From positions 14,756,001-14,820,000 of the forward strand of contig OX597819.1 of NCBI GenBank assembly GCA_951406725.2: a stretch of DNA of 64,000 bases, read 5' to 3'. The position numbers were made by a program, and so were the translations under genes. Each line of letters starts with the position of its first letter. Position 1 is the stretch's first letter. The DNA comes from Octopus vulgaris (Eukaryota). Positions 53,168 through 64,000 of this stretch are shown here, piece after piece. The notes below the pieces were generated by a model, which did not search any database, was not told where the DNA came from, and worked only from the letters and a program-made list of their open reading frames with translations.

Positions 53168-54081
53168 GTTTCTTTCCTTTGCCACAAGGCCAACAGTTGG
53201 GAAAACATTACAAGGGCCTGTCGCAAAAGTAATGGTTGACATAAAAGTGTAAGCGAAAAGCCTCCAGATGTCGCTCCCTCTCTTGCTCAACGCTTTTAAT
53301 GACCAAAGCACGATATGCACCAAACGAAAGCCTTTCGCTCATTAAACAGAAAACAGTGGAACATTATCAAAACGAAGACACCATTATCACCTGCCCAACT
53401 TGCTAAGCGTCACAACAAAGGCCGTGTAAAATATGGCAGGTCTGTCTGCCGCACCCTGTGCAATTGATGATGTAAGACAATTAATAACTGACTAATTGGA
53501 AATGTACGATGACGTATACGATAGTTATGCAAATGAAAAGTCACAATAACATTACTTACCTCCCCCACTCACCACTACCACCACCACCACCACCACCACC
53601 ACTAAGGGCCATTGAAGGAACCATACAATTCCAGGATTACTCTGGGCATTAAAAGAACGAATGCCTTCATTTCTCAGACTTAGAAACACATTCTGAAAGC
53701 AGGCCCTTTATTTAGATACACACGTCACGCTCTCCCAACTTTCAGCATATCCTTTAGGGGACAGCAGGATTTGACCACAATCATCTTTAAGGGTCGGATG
53801 TAGTTTAATAGAAATCTTTGTCCTCGGTCCTTTCAGTATTGTCCAGCATACAATCTCTTTCGTCATGGCCACCAGACGGAAGGAAACCATTTGATCGTCG
53901 CAGTGAAAGGAACATGACCGAACGATCCTCATGATAGATTCCGGTTGCACAAGACAACCACAACTATTCTTCATGTGGTGTTTTACGTTTTCTTTTGGTC
54001 ACATGGGGAACGTGAATGAAAAAATAAAGCATTGCAGCAGAAAAACAAGATTTTAAGTTGCGCTGCTATAACAAAAGACAT

Positions 54082-54126
<45 letters not shown>

Positions 54127-54277
54127 TGTGGGTGTGGGTGTGTGTGAACAACATGAGTTCTGGGTTCAGTCCTACTGCTGACACCTTGGGCATGTGTTTT
54201 CTCCGATAGCCTCTGATTGCCCAAAATCTTGTGAATGGATTTGGTAGGCGGAAATTGATAGAAGCCTATTGTGTACA

Positions 54278-54690
54278 TAGGCGCAGGAGTGGCTGGGTGG
54301 TAAGTAGCTTGCTAATCAACCACATGGTTCCGGGTTCAGTCCCACTGTGTGGACCCTTGGGCAAGTGTCTTCTACTAGAGCCTCGGGCCGACCAAAGCCT
54401 TGTGAGTGGATTTGGTAGACGGAAACTGAAAGAAGCCCGTCGTATATATGTATATATATATGTGTGTGTGAGTTTGTGTGTCTGTGTTTGTCCCTCCAAC
54501 ATCGCTTGACAACCGATGGTGGTGTGCTTACGTCCCCGTAACTTAGCGGTTCGGCAAAAGAGACGGATAGAATAAGTACTAGGCATACAAAGAATAAGTC
54601 CTGGGGTCGATTTGCTCGACTAAAGGTGGTGCTCCAGCATGGCCGCGGTCAAATGACTGAAACAAGTAAAAGAGTAAAGAGAAAAGAGAG
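54278..54690 (+). mobile_element. SINE family A, full length, with diverged A fragments at 54150-54270 and 54700-55030
   Basis: Homology to family A. Confidence 0.92.
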
Positions 54691-55175
54691 TATAATATAG
54701 CAGTTCGGCAAAAGTGAACGATAGAATAAGTACCAGTATTAAAAAAAAAAATAAGTGATGGAGTCGATGCATTCGACAAAAATTCTTGAAGGCCCAGCAT
54801 GGTCGTAGCTTGAACAAACCAATCGTTGGAGTTGAACGGAAACACAGACACAACGACGGGTGCACACATACACGCATTTATATACGACCGGCTTCCACAC
54901 AGTTTCCGTCAACTGAATTCAGTCTGCAGACGTTTTGTCGTCCCGAGGCCAAGGTGCCACGTAGTAGGACTGAACTCAAAACCACGTGGTTTCCAAAGCG
55001 ATCTTCTTAACCACACAGCCATGCCTGATGCACATATGCATACACACGCGCGCATGCGTCTCTTACCATGCTGTACCATCCATCATTGCAATGTTTAACC
55101 ACTCAAACAAGACAAACCGCTACCACCGCCACCACTAACACGTAGCCACCCACTAACGTGAGTAGGTAATTAGGT

Positions 55176-55785
<610 letters not shown>

Positions 55786-56164
55786 AGACTAAGACCCAGC
55801 CACGACTACCGCCACAACTATCACTACTACTCCCATACTAGCGCCTGTGCCACCACCGCCACTGCTAAACTCTATCATTACAGGTACAATGACTGGCAGG
55901 TGTCACCTCCAAAATTTCACAAGTTATTTATTTTTTTGTTGTTGTTTTAATTGGGTTTTTTTTTTTTGTTTTTGTTTTGTCTTCTTTTGTTTTCCCACAC
56001 CCCATCCCTATATCACGACCCGCCCCCCCCCATCAAACCAACCCCATCTTTTGATTTGTACATTACACACACACACACACACAAATACACACACAAGCAC
56101 ACACATATATGTGTGTATGTGTGTGTGCTTGCGTGTGTGTACACAGACACGTGTATATGTTTAC

Positions 56165-56211
<47 letters not shown>

Positions 56212-56218
56212 TATATAC

Positions 56219-56261
<43 letters not shown>

Positions 56262-56354
56262 CATATATATATATGTGCATATATATTTATATACACACAC
56301 GCACGCACGCACACACATACAAACACATACACACACACGCTAATGTACACACAG

Positions 56355-56526
<172 letters not shown>

Positions 56527-56804
56527 ATTCGCCTTACCTGGTGGAGCGCAAACTCTTTCTTTTCTTGTTTGTGTTTCGGAACGAACACACAGTCACAAAA
56601 CGACAGGTGCAACTCAAGTGAAAAGACTAAGGAAGAAGGCGGAGGAGGAACGGTGGTAGTGGTGAGAGGTCCCACGTAGAGGTGGTAGGTGATAAGAGAC
56701 GGGGGAAGGAGGAAGGAGGCAAAAGATAGAAGAAACCCCTAAAATTGTGATGGAGGTGAAGGGGGGGAAGGGGATGGTAATGCGATGCTCCTTACATTCG
56801 ATAC

Positions 56805-57270
56805 GGTGGTGGCGGTGGTGGTGATGGTGGTGTTCGTGGTGGTGGTGGTGGTGGTGGTGGTGGTGGTGGTGGTGGTGGTGATGGTGGTGGTGGTGGTGGT
56901 GGTGGTGGTGGTGGTGGTGGTGGTGGTGGTGGTGGTGGTGGTGGTGGTGGTAGTGGTGGTGATGGTTGTTCGTGTTGGTGGTGGTGGTGGTGGTAATGAT
57001 GGTGGTGGTGGTGATGGTGGTGGTGGTGGTGGTGGTGTGGTGGTGGTGGTGGTGGTGAAGGTTGTGTTCGTGTTGGTGGTGGTGATGGTGGTGGTGGTGG
57101 TGGTGGTGGTGGTGGTGATGGTTGCATTCGTGTTGGTGGTGGTGGTGGTGATGATGGTGGTGTTGGTGGTGGTGGTGATGATGGTGGTGTTCGTGTTAGT
57201 AGTGGTGGTGTTCGTGTTAGTAGTGGTGGTGATGATGATGGTGGTGTTCGTGTTGATGGTGGTGGTGATG
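56805..57270. repeat. (GGT)n low-complexity array
   Basis: Visible directly. Confidence 0.95.
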
Positions 57271-57819
57271 TCGGTGGAGGTGAAGGTAAGAAAGTAGTAG
57301 AGGATGCGGAGGTGCCTCTATGTTGATACTGGTGTTGTTCGTTTAGCCCTAAGTTACTCCTCCTTGATCCAGCAAACCTATGATCAGAGATATTCCAACA
57401 GTGACCAGCCCGTCTTCTTAGATAGAACCCTATAGGACCACGATGTCCAAGGTAATCCTTCTACCCTGAAGTCGGTAGGGTATGATTCCAAAAGAATGTG
57501 GCTGTTACGTTTTGCAGATCGAGCAACCGCGAAACTGTGCCCGTGTTGTCACGTGTTGTTGGTGTATGTTATTAGAGTGATGGCGGTGGTGGATGTGGTG
57601 GTGGTGTTGGTGGAGGATAAATTGTGCGGTAGTGGTGGTGGGAGTAGTAGTGATAGTTATGGTGGTAGTAGTAGTAGTGGTTGTGGGAGGTGGTTTGTAA
57701 GGGTGGTAGAGACTCTGAACACATCTTCAATAAGAAAGTAAATATGGCGACCAGAGCCAAAGAAACGAAACAATGACAGCAGCAGAGAAGTCAGTCATCT
57801 TAAGTGCAAATATCTAAAC

Positions 57820-58146
<327 letters not shown>

Positions 58147-58148
58147 AG

Positions 58149-58980
58149 AAACGAAGGAGTTGGAGCCGCCCGAGAGGCCCGAGTGGCGGAGGCGCAACGA
58201 GGCAACAAAGCCACGATTAGGTCTCTGACAGATGAACAAGGGCGCGAATTATCCAAGCTCGAAAGGATGTGTGAGGCCTTTCAACAACACTTTGCCCGAC
58301 TGTTCGGGACGACTGGTGACCAGAACGCAGGGCGGACTTCAGTGCCTACTTGCATGGCCTGCCACGACTCTCGGCAAGAGAGGCGGAGTGTTGTGAAAGA
58401 CTCATCACAACCGCTGGCGTACGGGATGCGATGGCAGGCTGCGCAGGAGACAAGTCACCAAGCTTGGATGGTCTGCCCTACGAGCCCTATTGTCATATGC
58501 CAGATTTGTTTGGAGGCGTCTTGGTAGCAGTCTGCTGCAACTGGCAGGAAAAGCCGTATCCCTGTTCCTGTGGAGCGAGGAGCGGTGGCACTGCTAAAGA
58601 AAGATCCAAACAATGGGAACATCATAGATGACTTCAGGCCCATCACTCTGCTCAACGCAGATTTGAAGATTTTGGCCAAGCTGCTTGCCGAGAAGTTGGC
58701 GCTTGTCATCGAGAAACTGGACGACAAGGCGCAAACATGCGCGATGCCGGGCAGGAGTATCCATGACAACTTCCATCTGATGTGCTACACCATAGACAGG
58801 GTTATGGAACCTGGCATGGGTGAGGCGCTAATCAATTTGAGTCAATCGAAAACTTTCGATAGGGTCGACCATCGCTACATGGAGACTGTCCCTGGAGCGG
58901 TTGGTTTCGGTCCCGTCTTCCACGGTTGGATTGCTGCCTTGTACAGCGGCATCCGTTCGGTAGTTCGCGTAAATGGTCAG
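58149..58980 (+). mobile_element. L1/Tx1-clade LINE reverse transcriptase fragment, frameshifted
   Basis: KSPSLDGLPYE, FRPITLLNADLKILAK, AQTCAMPGRSIHDN, NLSQSKTFDRVDH, GFGPVFHGWIAALY...VRVNG spread over three ORFs. Confidence 0.92.
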
Positions 58981-59419
58981 TCAGATGTAGAGTAGTTCTG
59001 TTCTTCTTTTGGGGTAAATACAGACGTCGTTTCGAGAGTAGGATTGGCCCTATGCAAGGCATTTAATCATTTTAAAAAGCTTCACGTTCAGGCATCACTT
59101 GAATTTTATTGACTCTGTGACGTGTTGCATAGTATGGCTGTTTGTAGCTGATAAAGGCATAACACACAAAGAAACATTCCACAGACGGTAACTCTGTGAA
59201 CACCTACTGCAAGAGGCGACCATCGTTGTGCAAGAGTCGAGGTTACAAGCAGGGCTGAGAGGTCATATATGTACTGTTTATGTTTAAGGGAAGAGTCAAG
59301 GGATGACGTTGCTTGAAGTCGACTTGAATCCATTACATATATACACACACAAACACTGTAGAGATATTTTTATAAATACACACACACACACGCACACACA
59401 CACACGCATACACATGCAC

Positions 59420-59456
<37 letters not shown>

Positions 59457-59459
<3 letters not shown>

Positions 59460-59661
59460 TTTTATTCTTTTAATTGCTTCAGTCATTTGACTGCGGCCAT
59501 GCCTTTTGGTCAAGCAAATCGACCCCAGGACTTATACTTTGTTAGCCTGGTACTTATTCTATCGGTCTCTCTTGCTGAACCGATAAGTTACGGGGACGTA
59601 AACATACCAGCATCGGTTGTCAAGCGATGTTGGCGGGGGACAAACACAGACACACAAACCT

Positions 59662-59699
<38 letters not shown>

Positions 59700-59870
59700 G
59701 TACATATACGACGGGCTTCTTCCAGTTTCCGTCTACCGAATCCACTCACAAGGCTTTGGTCGGCCCAAGGTTATAAAAGACTCTTGCCGAAGGTGCCAGG
59801 TAGTGGGACTGAACCCGGAACCAAGTGGTTGGTACCATGTGGTTGGTAAGCAAGCTATTTACTACACAAC
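59457..59870 (-). mobile_element. SINE family A
   Basis: Homology to family A. Confidence 0.88.
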
Positions 59871-59879
59871 CATATATAT

Positions 59880-59926
<47 letters not shown>

Positions 59927-60170
59927 TAATATTTTTTATTCTTTTATCCACGGGATTTGATCTCAAAACTGGAACAAAATAGCAAAAGGTATTTTTGACC
60001 GATGAAATAACAACTCTGAAAATTCAGCGTCACGTAATGAATTTGGTTGAATGAAATCAAAGTTGAAGGAAACTGTGCAGAAGTCTGTCGTTAACTTTTC
60101 TTACGTAGATAATCTATAACCAGGATCAAGGGCACCTTTCGTTACAAGTGCTCAGGACTTCCTGCTTAAG

Positions 60171-60227
<57 letters not shown>

Positions 60228-60562
60228 CACCACCACGACTACTGCTACCAGCGCCACCTCCACCATCACCACCACCACCACCATCACCGTCACCTCTACT
60301 ATAGCTGCTGCTGCTACTACTACTACAACTACTACTACCACCACCACCACCACCAATACTATACCTATTGCTGCTGCTACTACTACTACTACTAGTCTCC
60401 TTCCTTTCTTCCTTATCCCCCTCCTCCACTTCAGCTATCTCGAAGGACCTGCAACATGATCATGCGCATTGACATTCTTTGCTAATTCGTATGTTTGTGT
60501 GTGTATGCGCGCGTGCGCGTGTGCAAGTGTGTGTGTGAATCCATGGGTACATGTGTGTGTAT

Positions 60563-61020
60563 GTGTCAGGTCTCCGCTTGGAGCTACTGGTAACATGTAA
60601 CCTAGTACAACCTGTTACATGGTCGGGTCGTTGGCGACTAAACTGGCAACCCCACCAAGATTTCTTGGTGAGGAGGGTGATTTGGACACCCAGCAGGACT
60701 AAAAACAAAACCTGTCAAAGGGCAGAGGAACTCTCTCCTGAGTCAATGGCCATCCAAAAACCTACATAAATCCGGAGTGGAGCCCCTAAGGCGGTTGGAT
60801 TGCGCCATGCGTGCCACCTTCCGGCAGCTCCTGCATCCTGGTCTACCCCCAGCCGTCTTGACTTTGTCTTGCCACTGGATCCGACGCACCAGAACGAGAG
60901 AGTGAGGCTGATCCTGCGCAAGTCACCCTCACTCTAATCCAAATCACGCGCACGTCATGACATCATGACACCAACATCACAGAGTCCTGTGGCGATGGGG
61001 AAACGGCGAAGTAGCGTGTG
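60563..61020 (+). mobile_element. RTE-like 5' UTR / non-autonomous element
   Basis: First ~200 bp homologous, inverted, to 38025-38220. Confidence 0.5.
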
Positions 61021-61329
61021 TGGGAGGGTGTGTTTTTGCAGAGGTACATGTAGAACATGTAGAGTTTAGACATATAATTTCAGCAGAAAATTTGCTTCTG
61101 TGTCGCTAGTCCGAGTGTCTAAGTATGAGCGTCTCTTAGCCGACATATATCGTTGCTATTATGTAAAACTCTCCTAAGTCCAAAATGTTGCTTTTTCAGA
61201 AAATAAAAAAATAGTTTCACCATTCCATAGCAAAACGGTTGAACTACATTTTGACAATTTTTGATATCTTGGCATCTGAAGCTGAGATACGATAGTTTGA
61301 CCAAAGGAACCGGCTTTTGCAAGCAAAGA

Positions 61330-61389
61330 CAAATATAGAAAACAACGCATTTGGGGCAAATTTTGACATACAGCAGTTTAACATAATAA

Positions 61390-61456
<67 letters not shown>

Positions 61457-61491
61457 TGTATATGCGTCCTGTACCCATATATGTATATATG

Positions 61492-61543
<52 letters not shown>

Positions 61544-61668
61544 TACATATATGGGTACAGGACGTATATACATACATACATACACACACATATATATATA
61601 TATATATGTATGTATGTATGTATGTATATGCGTCCTGTACCCATATATGTATATATGTATATATATAC

Positions 61669-61719
<51 letters not shown>

Positions 61720-61751
61720 TACATATATACATATATGGGTACAGGACGTAT

Positions 61752-61797
<46 letters not shown>

Positions 61798-62125
61798 TTA
61801 TTATTATGTTAAACTGCTGTATGTCCAAATTTGCCCAAATGCGTTGTTTTCTATATTTGAAAGGTTAAAATTATAAACAACTTGTAAACAAGGGCAAAAG
61901 AAAATTATTTCTATGCCAATATGCTGATAATAGACTTCTAAATCGTCAATTTCCACATATTATTATATACCCACTACAGAAATACGCTGTGCTGAAATCG
62001 AGTATAGTCAACCGACAGAATTTTTTTAAAAAGTTCGTTATTTCTATATTGAATCAATTTCGGAATTAATCTCATAATAGATTTTTTGGCATAGAAATAA
62101 TTTTCTTATGCCCTTGTTTATAAGT

Positions 62126-62166
<41 letters not shown>

Positions 62167-62180
62167 GTCCTGTACCCATA
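61330..62180. repeat. Nested inverted repeats within (TA)n
   Basis: 61330-61393 vs 61794-61859; 61877-61919 vs 62086-62128; alternating 15-mers. Confidence 0.85.
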
Positions 62181-62184
62181 TATG

Positions 62185-62230
<46 letters not shown>

Positions 62231-62782
62231 TATATAAATATATATATATATAAAAATATATATATATATACATATATATATAAATATATATATATATAAA
62301 AATATATATATATATATATATGGGTAAAGGACGTCACCAACTGTGTAATAAACAACATGAAGTACGAAAACAAATGAGTTAAATACGCAAACAACGTGAA
62401 AAAACATGGAAAACTGGACAAGTAGTATACTGATCAACTCTTTATCAGTTGTCAACTGTCTATCTACTCCTAGACAGACAGATAGCTGTGCGTGTGTGTG
62501 TGTACATTTCATTAACATGAGATGATAATTAGTTACATAATGCCATTAACATAATCAAGTCAGAGTCTCAAATCGTCAGAGACGAATCCCTTTTGTACGT
62601 ATCTTCTCAGATTGTAGAAATATTGACAGAATCAAGCATTGTTTTCGTCATATAGTCCGTGAAATACCCAAGCCCCAGATTACCAAATGATATAAATACA
62701 ATTATACGAACAGGAATACACATTCAGTTCTAAATACTGATTTCTGTCACACTATTTGATGTTTAGATCACTCTAAATAAGT

Positions 62783-62832
<50 letters not shown>

Positions 62833-63452
62833 TATATATATATAGTGTAATAAATAAAATATATGCATACATACATACATATATGTACGTACCTACATCT
62901 ACATGTATATATACATGCATATATAAATATATATACGTAAGTACAGGACACCACAAATAGACGTAGAACTCAACGAGAAACGAAAACGTAAAAACAAACG
63001 TGGAAACGGACCTAAACGAAAAAAACAGAGTACAAGACAAACTACACAAAGAAAAATCCCCTTCATCAGCTGTCCCTAGTTCAACTCCAGCGTGTTTCGA
63101 AGGTGAGGACAGAACACGACTCGTGGAACTAATCCTTCCTGCGAAGGAATTAAAAAAATACTTCGCAGAGGGGTAAAAACAAGGAAAGTTAAACACGTGA
63201 CAAAAAATGATACAAATAAAATAGAATACGAATTAAAAATACAAAAAATAAAAATACAGAATAAAATTACAAGTACGAAAAATACAGTACAAGAAATAAA
63301 ACAAACAAGAAAACAGACAATGAGGGCCTTAATGCTGGCCTACACGAGGAAAGATTGTAAGAGCGCTAGAAGAACAGTGTTCACTGTTTGAATGCCAGCG
63401 GCGAAAGGAAGCATCGTTTTCGTTTCGTTTCATCTCCTCCAAGTAAGTTTTG

Positions 63453-63652
<200 letters not shown>

Positions 63653-64000
63653 GCAGCACAGAATTTTGTCAATGATCAGGTCATTGGTCGCCTGAAGACC
63701 AATCTCGTTCAGGACGACTGTCGAACACCCGAATGAATGAAGACATCATGAAAATTCATGAATTGACAAACTTCTTGATATGACTGATATGTCCTGGAGC
63801 TCCTAGCAACGAAGTTTTGAGCTAGGAATTGCAAATGAAAAGAACTGCAGCAAAATTTTGCTCACGGAAGATCAAAAGCTGTCACAAGTGAATGCATGCT
63901 GTGAACTGAAGGAACAGCTGAAAGTTGATCTTGCTCCATGTGACTTGTTTTTCTTTTTTTGTTACTCCGAATGAAAAACGTCCGTAGAGAGAACCGTTTT
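63653..64000 (+). mobile_element. Tc1/mariner transposase remnant, internally deleted
   Basis: EDQSRSGRLS, MSWSS, MKRTAAKF, LTEDQK, CCELKEQL and DLAPCDLF (cf. YSPDLAPCDF) across frameshifts. Confidence 0.85.

Noticed and set aside
52714-53232. Acidic D/E-rich protein exon
   Set aside because: ORF starts within an antisense SINE-B and is pure trinucleotide repeat
53465-53492. Box C/D snoRNA (TGATGA...CTGA)
   Set aside because: Boxes are only about 20 nt apart, with no terminal stem
53708-53974. 88-aa ORF as host exon or transposase
   Set aside because: No recognisable motif or clear splice signals
58570-58995. Intact reverse transcriptase gene
   Set aside because: Frameshifted and truncated before the YADD motif

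Overview
Eukaryotic, AT-rich and microsatellite-saturated non-coding DNA (intronic or intergenic). The repeat content strongly suggests an octopus genome; this is an inference from the SINE types, not a database match. I find no intact protein-coding gene, and nearly all ORFs in the track are translations of (TA)n, (TG)n, (TACA)n, (AAT)n or (GATA)n repeats or of SINEs. The window is a layered set of transposon remnants. It holds at least five tRNA-headed SINE families (my labels A, B, C, E, H) plus an old family D, R4/Dong-like LINE 3' ends inside (AAT)n, and L1/Tx1, CR1/L2-like and RTE-like fragments. It also holds several Penelope-like (GIY-YIG) remnants, a mariner remnant, piggyBac- and hAT-type MITEs and a Helentron/DINE-like element. 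Highlights: (1) a tRNA-headed SINE whose tail carries a Penelope-type minimal hammerhead ribozyme, arranged head-to-head as a palindrome (33.05-33.69 kb), plus other hammerhead-like motifs; (2) SINE-B concatemers that always restart at the same internal hairpin (7 x 184 bp at 26.6-28.0 kb); (3) a LINE 3' end sharing its tail with the dominant SINE-A, plus a filled/empty site pair for SINE-A; (4) local templated insertions and nested palindromes. Coordinates were read by eye and ends are approximate unless a TSD or TIR is quoted.
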